64,000 bases of DNA from Eledone cirrhosa (lineage: Eukaryota), in NCBI GenBank assembly GCA_964016885.1, contig OZ024745.1:95976001-96040000 (forward strand). Direction: 5' to 3'. The notes beneath the pieces were generated by a model. It was given only the letters and a program-made list of their open reading frames with translations, did no database searches and had not been told where the DNA came from. Of the stretch, positions 1 through 11,695 are shown in pieces. Within the stretch, counting starts at the first letter, position 1. Each line of letters opens with the position of its first letter. The position numbers and the translations under genes are program-made.

Positions 1-128
1 CTATATTCACATATATATCGCTATTTCAGAGCATTTATTCCAATTTCTAATTTCTGCCGGACCGGCAACCGCTCTTTCAAACCAGTTCCTGTACACAGCT
101 AAGTATTCTATAAGTCTCTAGCTGTGTC

Positions 129-217
129 ATTCTCGATAAAAGCACTGGATATGTAGTCCTGATGATTTCTAACAAGAATGAAACGCGTAGATTACTTCCC
201 TTGCTTTTATCGAGAAT
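129..217 (+). ncRNA. Type I hammerhead ribozyme, copy 1
   Basis: Helix I gtagtc(153-158)/gattac(190-195); core CTGATGA 159-165; helix II ttct-aaca-agaa with T.T at its base; GAAAC-gc-GTA 180-189; distal helix I attctcgataaaagca(129-144)/tgcttttatcgagaat(202-217), 16 bp perfect. Confidence 0.9.
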
Positions 218-438
218 CTAATTGTAATACGTGACGTATTCTATTCTATAGCGATTAGGTCTTCAAAATGTTTATTATAAACATACAGAATATTTTCGAA
301 TATTCTATGTCTATATTCACATATATATCGCTATTTCAGAGCATTTATTCCAATTTCTAATTTCTGCCGGACCGGCAACCGCTCTTTCAAACCAGTTCCT
401 GTACACAGCTAAGTATTCTATAAGTCTCTAGCTGTGTC

Positions 439-527
439 ATTCTCGATAAAAGCACTGGATATGTAGTCCTGATGATTTCTAACAAGAATGAAACGCGTAG
501 ATTACTTCCCTTGCTTTTATCGAGAAT
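439..527 (+). ncRNA. Type I hammerhead ribozyme, copy 2
   Basis: Same as 129-217, offset +310. Confidence 0.9.
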
Positions 528-748
528 CTAATTGTAATACGTGACGTATTCTATTCTATAGCGATTAGGTCTTCAAAATGTTTATTATAAACATACAGAA
601 TATTTTCGAATATTCTATGTCTATATTCACATATATATCGCTATTTCAGAGCATTTATTCCAATTTCTAATTTCTGCCGGACCGGCAACCGCTCTTTCAA
701 ACCAGTTCCTGTACACAGCTAAGTATTCTATAAGTCTCTAGCTGTGTC

Positions 749-837
749 ATTCTCGATAAAAGCACTGGATATGTAGTCCTGATGATTTCTAACAAGAATG
801 AAACGCGTAGATTACTTCCCTTGCTTTTATCGAGAAT
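749..837 (+). ncRNA. Type I hammerhead ribozyme, copy 3
   Basis: Same as 129-217, offset +620. Confidence 0.9.
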
Positions 838-1058
838 CTAATTGTAATACGTGACGTATTCTATTCTATAGCGATTAGGTCTTCAAAATGTTTATTATAA
901 ACATACAGAATATTTTCGAATATTCTATGTCTATATTCACATATATATCGCTATTTCAGAGCATTTATTCCAATTTCTAATTTCTGCCGGACCGGCAACC
1001 GCTCTTTCAAACCAGTTCCTGTACACAGCTAAGTATTCTATAAGTCTCTAGCTGTGTC

Positions 1059-1147
1059 ATTCTCGATAAAAGCACTGGATATGTAGTCCTGATGATTTCT
1101 AACAAGAATGAAACGCGTAGATTACTTCCCTTGCTTTTATCGAGAAT
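1059..1147 (+). ncRNA. Type I hammerhead ribozyme, copy 4
   Basis: Same as 129-217, offset +930. Confidence 0.9.
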
Positions 1148-1247
1148 CTAATTGTAATACGTGACGTATTCTATTCTATAGCGATTAGGTCTTCAAAATG
1201 TTTATTATAAACATACAGAATATTTTCGAATATTCTATGTCTATATT

Positions 1248-1250
<3 letters not shown>

Positions 1251-1325
<75 letters not shown>
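1251..1325. repeat. (TA)n microsatellite; many similar tracts, e.g. 1505-1570, 11968-12040, 12468-12521, 13460-13516, 16372-16430, 22247-22332
   Basis: Direct reading. Confidence 0.98.
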
Positions 1326-1330
<5 letters not shown>

Positions 1331-1407
1331 AAGGAATTGTGGTAAGGAACCAGATGGGCCATAACGCACCAAAGTACTCAATACTTAGTGTACTAGAGTG
1401 GGTAATC

Positions 1408-1502
1408 GGAACAAGTATGACCCCGACGGCAGAGCTCAAGCAGTTTCGACCAGAAATAGCCGTCGAAACGGCTTGAGCTCTGCCGTCGGGGTCATACTTG
1501 TT

Positions 1503-1504
<2 letters not shown>
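1408..1504. repeat. Inverted repeat (43-bp arms, 11-nt spacer) made of the 3' half of a hammerhead
   Basis: Arms 1408-1450 and 1462-1504, 1 mismatch; right arm reads GAAAC-GGC-ttgagctct-GCC-GTC (helix III plus GUC triplet); CTGANGA absent. Confidence 0.85.
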
Positions 1505-1574
<70 letters not shown>

Positions 1575-2239
1575 TCATCATCACTGTTTATCATCTATTT
1601 CCCACAGGGAAATTGAGCGTAAATGAGAAAGACAAGGCCAGCTAAAACAAAACAACAATAAAAGTATCAGGTATTAGGGCCTCACACAATAATCTAAGCC
1701 AATATCTAAATTTACAATTCTCTTCAGGCCAGTAAGAGCGAGCCAATATGAGGTACTAATGTTTATAATTTGAGAACTTAAGCATTCCATTATTAGGGCT
1801 GATAACAGAACCTGATGACTGAACAAAGAATGTCAAACATGTAGAACTAATTTGCAGATATATTGTTGCCACAATACGTGACACAACCTTTCAATTTGTT
1901 CTAACACTATTACAGCAATATCTCTGTCTTCTGTGATTTTATTCAAGTAGTTCCAGTAATTTGTCTCCTGTGATGAAAAATGTTTATATCTAATTTTTTT
2001 TTTTTTTTGCAGCTTCAATTTTATTAGATATATATATCATCATAATTATCATCACCATTTTATGTCTGCTATTCCATGCTTGTATGGGTTGAATGGATTT
2101 TTTCCAGCACAGAATCTCTCCAATTATCTCAGTCCTTCATCATCTCCTCTGTGAGATACAATGATTTGAGATTAGCTCTGACAACCCTTGCCTAGGTCTT
2201 CCTCTCCTACAGCTCCCTTCCACTGGGATATCTTGGCAT

Positions 2240-2538
2240 TGAAACAACCAGACACCCTCACGAGCATCACCTGAGACCTCAGTAAGGCGAGCCGCCTGCG
2301 ATGACAAGAACTTCACTGTCAGTGACCAACTCCACCAAACCTTTCTAACACCACAGGCTGGAAAAAATAATTACTGGATAAATCCAGGTATTTCTGAATT
2401 TTATTCCTTTCGGCAATGGAAGCAGTGACCCCCACATTTTCCGCAGCATCCATGTGGTTCAGAGTAAAAGAGTGACTGACTGTGACATCCCAGATGAGAC
2501 ACCTACCTCTTACCCAGGGACAAAGGGTAAGACTGTCA
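2240..2538 (-). mobile_element. C-terminal restriction-like endonuclease fragment of a CRE-type non-LTR retrotransposon
   Basis: Minus-strand translation DSLTLCPWVRGRCLIWDVT...AERNK..KY...GDAREGVWLFQ resembles the PDG-T--PW--G----WD-T RLE signature of CRE-clade elements. Confidence 0.7.
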
Positions 2539-3200
2539 TATATATATATATATATATATATATATCAAAGTTGCATGTGAAAAAAAATTTAAAACGAAAT
2601 GTATGTGATGAATGAACAAAAGCATATATCTTCTTCTTCAGCCACCTCCTGACTAATGCTATTTCGTGTATAAGAATAGTATTGTATAATACTGAGCCCA
2701 AGCTGCCCAACACCTTAGAAAAAGCAGCCTGAAAGATGTCAATGTGACAGCACAACAACATAGAGGCAGGAGAGAACAAGTGAGTCTCTTTCATCTATGA
2801 TAGCAAAACAAGTATGTAAACAAATAAAAATAAAAAGTCTTACAACTGGAAAGAGGATGAGACACGGCGGAAACAAGTTGTGCAAATGGTAGGGAAATAT
2901 ATAGAAATTTTCATTTAAAAAAAGGAGAGAGTGTGTGTTGCTGGTAAGTGTATAGTTAGGTGATCAAAGAAGAAACATGTACTGTTACAATAGTAATATA
3001 TATATAATTAATAAATGAAAAAAAAAAAACATAGGATGCAAAAATACAGTTACATTAGGTTCATGCTGGAGGATAAATAGATACTCAGACAGTGCTTTGA
3101 GAAAACAACACCAAATTTCAGCACTGGGCATATAAAAAAATCGAAATAGTAGAAGTAAGCTTTATTCCATCGTTATGTTTTTCTGTTTTTTCTGTTCAAA

Positions 3201-3268
3201 TTCTAGCCATCTGATGAGGTCATAGCTGTTGCATAAAGGTCATAACCGAAATATATATAACAGCGAAT
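3201..3268 (+). ncRNA. Decayed type I hammerhead motif
   Basis: CTGATGA 3211-3217; imperfect helix II ggtcatagct/ggtcataacc; GAAA-TATATA-TA; helix I gccat/acagc has two mismatches. Confidence 0.5.
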
Positions 3269-3423
3269 AGGATTAAACAAAGTTGATTTCAACTTGTTGG
3301 CTTACACTTCTTGTTTATATATATATGTGTGTGTGTGTAAAAGATAAACAGAAATAACAACACAATCAGTACAGTATATGGAAGGAATATATTAAGTTAA
3401 CGCCTGAAATAGCAGGAATAGGG

Positions 3424-3459
3424 TCTGAACGTTTCAGACACTAGTCCTTCATCAGAAGA
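3424..3459 (-). ncRNA. Minimal PLE-type hammerhead motif
   Basis: Minus strand tcttCTGATGA-a-ggac-tagt-gtct-GAAACGTTC-aga; palindromic AACGTT helix III; helix I weak. Confidence 0.55.
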
Positions 3460-4242
3460 AAGAATGAGAAATAAGATAGATTGAAGGGACAGGCATACAT
3501 ATATATATATAATTAATCAATTTAAACGTCCGTATAGAGATAGTAAGCCATGAAAGACTAGGGGAAGTATTGAGTACTCCTTATAGTTGGTAATCAAAAA
3601 GAGCTAATGAGACGAGTAATAAAAAAGATAAATTAAAAAAGGGGAAAAAACAAAAAAAATATATAAAATAAAACTAAATACATATATATATAATTAGCAT
3701 TACCACCTAGCTGAAAAGTTAGTAATCAATCATACAGTAGTATTTAATGGCTGTGAAATATGGATTATTTCTAGCAAACTATTTATGTATTGCAATGCTG
3801 AGGGCATATTGGCTTGCCACAAAGTGTTTAGTTAACCCTTATGATGAGATGTGAGACCGATTGTCACACATGGTGGTGAATTTCCCTCTCCCCACCTTTC
3901 CTTCTTTTTTTTATGTTTTTTTATCTCTCTTTTATAAGTTTATATTTGTCTTTAACAACAGCATGATATTTGTAATATCCTTCTGAACAAATTGCAAGCA
4001 ATTTATAATGTTATTTACGCATCTGTAATGTTATTTATGTATATATTTAAAACATATTTGTAATGTTATTCAACTGTAAATAAAATGTTCAATATATTTT
4101 AAAAGATAATAATCAATAAGTAACATTCTGTTTTTTATTATTATTTCTATTTAACATATTTAATATTCCATGCATTAAATATGTTACTAACTAACCTTTT
4201 CAATATCAACCTACCCCAAACTGCCTCAGATTCTCTGAAACA

Positions 4243-4289
4243 AAATCATCCATTTGCTTATTTAAATTAAATAAGCAAATGGATGATTT
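4243..4289. repeat. Perfect palindrome (23-bp arms, 1-nt spacer) with local duplications to 4324
   Basis: aaatcatccatttgcttatttaa-a-ttaaataagcaaatggatgattt. Confidence 0.9.
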
Positions 4290-4978
4290 AAATTAAATAA
4301 GCAAATGTGCTTATTTAAATTAAAATCTCTCAACATAATTTTACGTAAAGCATTTTTGATATATTACAAATACCATCCTAAAAATTTAAATAATTTTAGT
4401 AGATCACTCGAAATTCTTCATTGATTAATTTTGAGTTATAGTTCTTTGCATTCTAAGTTCAAATTCTGTTGAGGTCAACATTGTTCTTTATCCTTACAAG
4501 AGCAATAAAATAATGTACCAGTCAAACACTGTAGAGAATTCATATTCCTATAATACATTTTAAATATGAATGGTTTCATAATAGACAACAAAGACATGAA
4601 GACAGAAGAAACTAGGATAACAATATCTAAATAAACTTTTTACTTTTAGCTTTTGTTCAAGAAAAAACACTTACATTTTCTGCATTTCCTTTTGTTAAAT
4701 CATGGAAGGATAATTCGAACATAGTTTCAAATTACTTTCAAATAATTCTAACGAATCTTTGACAAAAATCATTATATTTACTATGTAGTAGAATGATTCA
4801 TTATTAGCAACAGTATTAATAGGCAGAACAATAATGTCTGGTGTTAATCTTCCCATTCAAATCATACTTTACTCATCCTATATAGAAAATCTTTTGTTAC
4901 ATATGCTTTGATATTTTCTTTAAAATTTCTTGGTAAATATTTATAGATTTCTGTTGTCTCTTACCTGATATATATATG

Positions 4979-5043
<65 letters not shown>

Positions 5044-5088
5044 GCATATGTATATATTTATATGTATATATGTATTTATTTATATGTA

Positions 5089-7362
5089 TATTTCATTCTG
5101 GTGAGGAAAAAGTGGCGGAATAGTGTTCTGAACACAGAACCATACAACTATTTCAGTACACTGGGTAGTGACCACCGGCTTATTATGAGTGAGGTCCGGG
5201 TGAGCTTAGAAAGAGCAAGGCTCAGCTCCGGAGAGCAATCTATGACTGGGGAGCTTTCAAGGAAGATGATAAGCTACAGGAGAGGTTCACAGTGGAAGTG
5301 AGGAACAGGTTCAGTGCTCTGTGTGGAGAGACAGGGGAGAGAGAGATTGGATGGACTGAGGAGAGTGTGACGAGGAGGTACGGGCACTTCACCAATGCAG
5401 TGGCAGAAGCAAGTGAGACCCTGGTGTCGAGGAGAAAGAACAAAAGGAAGCACGTCAGCTCTTCAGACCCAAAAGTGTGTGCAGCCAGAGAACACCTGAA
5501 AGCTGCCAAGGACCAATTCTATGCTGATCCTACGGAGGAGAGGATGGAGACTGTGGAGGTAATGAGGGAAGAACTCTGTACTGCTTACACTGAGGCCAGA
5601 GAGGAGGCACTGATAGAGAAGATCAGAAGTGTGGAGAGAGCGGTTGACAGGTCTGGATGTAATGAGAGCTGAATGATCATCATCGAGATCACAGGGAGGA
5701 ACAGGTGTTCGAGTCTGATCCAGGGAACGGGGTCTGAGGATGGAAGAGGAAATGGCTAGACCATTTTAGGACCCTACTAGGATAGCCACCCTCCACAGCC
5801 CAGGGGAGATCAGGCGGCTGTTTGAAGAACTGGATATTGAGACAGAGCACTTCACCAGAGAGAAGCTTCAGAGAACCAAGAAGAAGATCAAGGAAGGCAA
5901 GACTCATGGAGAAGATGGAGTGGCATCAGAGGCGATGAAGAGGTGTGATTTTGATGATATCATCCTGGGGTTCTGTAACGGGGCACTGGAGAAAGGAGTT
6001 GCCCCGAATCAGTGGAGGATCAGTAACATCGTCCCAGTGCCAAAGAAGGGAGATCTCTCTAACACCAACAACTACAGGGGGATCTCATTGACGTCACTTG
6101 TGGCAAAGACCCTCAACAGGATGATTCGTAACAGGATCCACCCTGAGCTGGAGAAGAAGCTCCGGGACAACTAGAACGGCTTCGGAGAGGGAAGATCAAC
6201 CACCAATCACATCCTGATGCTGAGGAGGATATTAGAGGGAGCTAGAGCAAAGTGCCTTCCTGCGGTCATGGTTTTCATTGACTTTAGGAAGGCCTTTGAT
6301 TATGTGGACCGTCACTGCCTAATGAAGATCTTACAGGCTTATGGAATCCCCAAGAAGATAGTGGACCTGATATCACTGCTCTACACTAACACCAAAGCCC
6401 AAATCATTACACCTGATGGGATGACAGAGTTCTTTGAGATACTGGCTGGAGTGCTCCAGGGAGATACATTGGCTCCCTACCTTTTTATCATTGTAGTGGA
6501 CTATTGTATGCACCTTGCACTGGAGAAACACCAGGACTCTGGCTTTACTGTAGCACCGGCTCAGAGCAGGAGAGTTAAGGCGAAAAAGATATTGGATGCT
6601 GAATTTGCCGACGACATAGTTTTGGTGACAAATACAGTGAAGGAGGCAGAGGATTTGATGCAGGAGGTTGAGACTGTGTCGATGAGTGTGGGGCTGAGAA
6701 TGAATGAGACTAAAACAAAATATCTGGTAGAGAATATTGAGAAGCCAGAGGGGATCACTAATGTAGGCGGGAAGCTGCTAGAATTGGTTGAGGACTTCCT
6801 GTATTTGGGAGCAACGATTGGGAATACAGAAGATGATGTGGTTGAGAGGAAGAGCAAAGCCTGGGCAGCGTGCCACAGCTTGAGATCGGTGTGGAAGTTG
6901 GACCTTCGGAAAGACCTGAAAATCCGCCTCTTCATTGCTGTAGTGGAGTCTGTGCTGCTGTACGGGTCTGAGACTTGGACACTGACCAAGAAACTCACTC
7001 AGATGGTGGATGGGTGCTACACGAGAATACTGAGGATGGCTCTGAACATTAATCAGTATACACTGAGGATGAAAAACTCAGAGCTGTATGGGAGCCTCCC
7101 AAAAGTCAGCTCAAAGGTGACACAGAGAAGACTGAGGTTAGCTGGACATGCTCACCGACATCCAGAGTTGACATTGCACTCAGTGCTCCTGTGGGAGCCC
7201 CTGCATGGACACACTGGAAGAGGTAGACCGAGGTTAACATATGTTGATGCCCTAAGGACAGACACTGGTCTGTTGGAGATGCAGGACATGGCAGCGATAA
7301 TGAGGGACAAAGACCGCTGGAGAGAACTCGTCCATGGATCTCACAAATTTTATCCGCCCTAG
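5089..7362 (+). mobile_element. 5'-truncated RTE-clade (RTE-X-like) LINE with disrupted EN-RT ORF
   Basis: End of APE domain (SDHRL); RT motifs FIDFRKAFD, GVLQGDTLAPYLF, FADD; C-terminal GRGRP; stops and frameshifts; flanked by TA microsatellites. Confidence 0.92.
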
Positions 7363-7380
7363 AATATATGTATATATAAG

Positions 7381-7413
<33 letters not shown>

Positions 7414-7674
7414 ATGTGTGTGTGTGTATGTGTATATGAGAGAAAGCATGTGTTTGAGAATGTGTGTGTGTGTGTGCACTTCAAAGCACACCATATTTTC
7501 CTTTCTACCAACACAATTGATAGGTCTTTATATATGTATTTGTTTATGTAAGAGTATTTTATTGTTGCTTTTCTCTATTTTCTCTTCATATTCCACACAT
7601 AACAAACACACATATATATACATATAATTATACAGAGAGAAAAAGAGAGGGATATATTTCTATGTATGAATCAT

Positions 7675-7850
7675 CATCATCATCATACGTCCATTTTCCA
7701 CACTAGCATGGGTTAGACGAATTGTCCTGTTGTATGCATCGCTAGGTCAGGTGTCCATGTCTTTCTCATACAGAACTGATTTTGGCTTGGTTTCTACAGC
7801 TGGATGCCCTTCTTAATGCCAACCTCATTTACTGTGCCTATGACCACCTC
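7675..7850 (-). mobile_element. RTE/SINE 3' tail fragment; similar pieces at 13258-13460, 20731-20900 and 35050-35285
   Basis: Conserved tail (minus strand) aagggcatccagctgtagaaa...aacccatgctag...(GAT)n. Confidence 0.75.
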
Positions 7851-8109
7851 ATTCAATGTGTTTTTCTTTCCAAGATGGAAGAGCATAATTTGGCAGAGAT
7901 TTGGCTGCTATTTCTAACACACCCGAAACCAGATCGAAGCAACATCATGTAAGATCTTGATATTGTAGAGCTCTAAACAGCCTTGATCAAGTAGATTTAT
8001 ATGTATGCAGTTGATTAAAGGATTGTGCATGAGCCACAGATTCAACATTCCAGATATATCATTTCCCCCATCTTGACTACTATATAAATTCCAACAATAA
8101 ATATCCATG

Positions 8110-8250
8110 AGATTGGCTGGTCATGCTTGGGGATCCAGCTGGATCAATTGGAGATGGTTGCTTCTGATAGGACCTGCTGGGAGGAGTGCTGGAGGACTCT
8201 GCCTCAACAACCCTCTTAGGAATAAGTGGACAAAGAAGAAGAAGATGAAG
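8110..8250 (+). mobile_element. 3' fragment of an RTE-like LINE with (GAA)n tail
   Basis: Similar to the element at 62317-62772 (cttggg.atcca.c.ggatca.ttggagat). Confidence 0.6.
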
Positions 8251-8254
8251 ATTT

Positions 8255-8420
8255 AATTGTTTCTACTTTTGGCACAAGGTCAGATATTATCATAGTGCAT
8301 TACTGGTGCTTTATTTTATTGTCCGCATAAGAATGAAAGGCAAAGTTAACCACGTGGGATTTGAAAGGGCCGTAACTCTATGCTGCAAAGCATGGCGTCT
8401 GACCCTCTACCAATACTGCC
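8255..8420 (-). mobile_element. tRNA-derived SINE family B, decayed copy
   Basis: Reverse complement of the ttggcagt...tttcat...cttgtgccaaaagtagaaacaatt consensus. Confidence 0.7.
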
Positions 8421-8591
8421 AAGAAGATATAATGTATTGTTACTAGTTTATTTACCAATCTAATGTAGTTCTAGAGAGTGGTTCAGTGGAGTAATTTATT
8501 AGGAATACAGTAGCTTTTCTATTTTGTTTCTTTTATAATTTGTTTTCTTTTCTTTTCTAGACATATCCCCAATAATCCACAGTTGTTTTAA

Positions 8592-8813
8592 CCCTTTAGC
8601 ATTTAAACCGGCTGTATCCGGCCAGAATTCTCTCGCCTCTTTCTGTTCAAACTGGCCATCCATAACCAGCCACTCCTACTAATGTTTAGCTATTGTTCTT
8701 AAAATAAATATCAAAATCTCATAGATTTGATATCATGTGAGATAATTATATGAGATAAAGCCTTTACCAAGAAAATACAATAGTAAATATAGAGTAATGT
8801 AAATGGTAAAGGG
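8592..8813 (+). mobile_element. piggyBac-type MITE
   Basis: TIRs ccctttagcattt/aaatggtaaaggg with TTAA on both sides. Confidence 0.85.
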
Positions 8814-8883
8814 TTAAAGAATAGCATCAGTTAGCATTGATTGTTAGAAGGAATTTTCTCTTTTTTTATCCATCCCTGTCACA

Positions 8884-8956
<73 letters not shown>

Positions 8957-9488
8957 TCTCTCTCCTCAAAGATTTTTACTATGAAGTGTTCATATTTATC
9001 TAAAAGAAATTCCATCTTAATCGTTTGTAAGAACCTTTGTTAAGTTATGTTCCAACATCATCTTAATAGCAAGAAAGTTAAGGATTGTGAGTTCTGAACA
9101 GGAGATGTGAGATCAAATGACAATGGCAATATATATATGTATATACACTTAGTGTATGCCAAAGCCTGCTGAAGATCACTCTATCCCAAATCTTTGACAT
9201 TGGCATGAAACCATAGTCTAGTAATAGGTACACACACAGAGACATATACACACATACACACATATACCATGGTGTAACAATACACACACAAACACATACA
9301 CAAGTGCATGCATACACTCACACACACATGTGCGTTCATACACTTACACAGATGTATTTTTCTATCTATCTGTTGCTATACATCATCAATAAACATATAT
9401 ATATATGAGTTTATATTAAACAGAAGACAAATATTTACTATGATAAATACTAAATGTTTTACATTATTCTATGACATCATTATTTTAT

Positions 9489-9681
9489 GAGGTGGATTGG
9501 AAGTATCAGTAGAGCGTCGGACGTCATGCTTTGTAGCATAAAGTTACGACCCTTTATAGTCTGAGTTCAAATCCTGCCAAGGTTAACTTTGCCTTCTATC
9601 CTTACGTGGTCGATAAAATAAAACACCAGTAATGCATTGGGGGGTAATTGCTGGCCTTGTGCCAAAAGTAGAAACAATTAT
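9489..9681 (+). mobile_element. tRNA-derived SINE family B
   Basis: B box gagttcaaatcc, core tttgccttctatccttacgtggtcgataaaataaa, tail gctggccttgtgccaaaagtagaaacaattat. Confidence 0.8.
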
Positions 9682-11130
9682 TCTGACATCAAACCTCCAT
9701 TTTATCAGAACATTTGTTTTCTCTGTGCAATAACATTCGTGCATCAAAACTTTTGTTTAAGATATGATCATTTTTTTAATCTGCATTAGGATGTTATTTT
9801 CAATCTGAGCCAATATAAGTCTTCTATGTCCATTATATAACATTTCTTTTATCTAAAATGAATGCTAATTTACAATTTTATGCATCAATAAACTCATCTA
9901 AAGTGTAAAATAAATTAGAGGAAGTTGAAAGAAACCTTTTTAAAATCATTAATGTGACTAGGTTACATTGTATGGACAATTGGTTTTGTTAAGAATTGAA
10001 ATATTGTTTAAACTTAAAATCATGTTTGTCTTGCTTAGAAGACAGTTGATTAATCATTTCTATTTATGTATATATATATTACACCACTTCACTTTTCACT
10101 TGTACTGGCTAAAGAACAGATCAGCACTTAGTGTCTTCAGTCTTAAGAAATTATATGTTGTTTCTTTTGTCTACTGTAGCTCTTCTCTCCTTGATGTTAA
10201 ATCTCAGGACTGTAAATTAATCTAAACTGTTAGGATTATAAACACTCTCTTAACCTGACATTTACATCGGTGATATTTTTGGTTGTTTTTCAGATTTCAT
10301 ATCCTACATAATGACAACAGTAAAAGAGTATTCAGTGTAAAAACTAAAGGAGGAAAGATGAAGGAAATGTTGAGAGTGAAAGGGAATGTCTAATAGAGAA
10401 GAGGGAAGATACATAGACTAAGACAATTACACACACACACATATATATACACATACAAATTGATAGAGTGAGAGAGAGAGAGAGAGAGAGAGGGGGGAGA
10501 GACAGAGACAGAAAGATTTAGGGGAAATGTAAACAAGGGAACTTAGAAAAAACATGTAAAGAAAAAAAGAAGATTAATTTATTTTACTTTGTAAAATATC
10601 TACATATTTAATTCAGTAACTGTGGTAATATGAATGTGTAAGTGTATTTGTGTTGTGAATGCATGTGAGAGCATGTCTGTGTGCTTGTGTGTGCCTGTAT
10701 GAGCACACATGTATGTATGTGAGTGCGTGTGTAAGCACATCTTTTATGAGTTTGTGTTTTGGTTTCCTCCATTAAAAAGAATCATTACAGCTATCAATCT
10801 TGTCAGTGTGAGTCAAAGAAGAAACCTATATGTAGTCACTTAACCTGCTAGAAGTCACAGCCAAATCTCCCTCATAATGCAACTGTAGAAATCAATGATA
10901 TGTTTCAAAAGTACCAATTCACTAGTTGCAGCATATTTTGCCTAAATAATCTTTTACATTGCTATATAATCAATTAAACTCCGTGAGGATGGTGCTCCAG
11001 CATGGCTGTAGCACAATGACTGAAACTAATGATAGGAAAAAAAACATAGGTTGGTGTTGTTATCGTCGTTGTCTCTGTTTTATGTCTATCATATATGTGT
11101 GTGTATGTATATATATATATATATAACTCG

Positions 11131-11174
<44 letters not shown>

Positions 11175-11213
11175 AATGAATAATAACAGGTAGACATCAT
11201 AAAAAGGTAATTT

Positions 11214-11336
11214 ATTCCATGTGCTTACAAATGTTTCCACGGTGGTTTACAGCCTAGTTATGCTATGTGCAAATTTATAACTATTTGCAAAACTCAATTA
11301 TCAAATACTGTTACCACTGTTTCCTCAGAGCAGAAT
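11214..11336 (-). ncRNA. Type I hammerhead with extended helix II (left arm)
   Basis: Minus strand attc-tgct-CTGAGGA...GAAAC-attt-GTA-agca-catg-gaat. Confidence 0.75.
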
Positions 11337-11572
11337 GGTTAAAATGTAAAATGTAAATACCCTTAAGTGAGTTTATTGGGGAAGATAGAGTAGAAAAGGA
11401 AGAGAGAAAGAAGGGGAGAGGGAGAGAGAGAGAGATGCAGGGGTTGGAGAAATGGGAGAGAGTGGTTTGTAGAATACAGATATCCTAATCAAAATGTTGT
11501 GGTAGGGGTTTTATTATACTGGTTACTCTCAAAGAGACAACCTTAAGGGTATTTACATTTTACATTTTAACC

Positions 11573-11695
11573 ATTCTGCTCTGATGATACAGTGGTAACA
11601 GTATTTGATAATTGAGTTTTGCAAATAGTTATAAATTTGCACATAGCATAACTAGGCTGTAAACCACCGTGGAAACATTTGTAAGCACACGGAAT
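11573..11695 (+). ncRNA. Type I hammerhead with extended helix II (right arm)
   Basis: tgct/agca plus attc/gaat helix I; CTGATGA 11581-11587; helix II tacagtggt/accaccgtg then acagt/gctgt; GAAAC-attt-GTA 11672-11683. Confidence 0.8.

Larger units (their letters stand above)
1..1258 (+). repeat. Tandem array of 310-bp units (4 full copies, cut by window start), each with a hammerhead ribozyme; retrozyme-like
   Basis: ctatattcacatatatatcgctatttcaga recurs at 1, 311, 621 and 931; a fifth start at 1241 runs into (TA)n; copies look identical by eye. Confidence 0.97.

Noticed and set aside
225-268. Antisense hammerhead in the 310-bp unit (TTGAAGA...GAATACGTC on minus)
   Set aside because: No GAAA core and no consistent helices
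1-1258. CRISPR array or coding repeat
   Set aside because: Units are contiguous and identical with no unique spacers, there are no cas genes or credible ORFs, and the context is eukaryotic
1807-1848. Possible hammerhead CTGATGA...CAAACATGTA
   Set aside because: Catalytic G12 missing and helix I does not pair; at best a dead remnant
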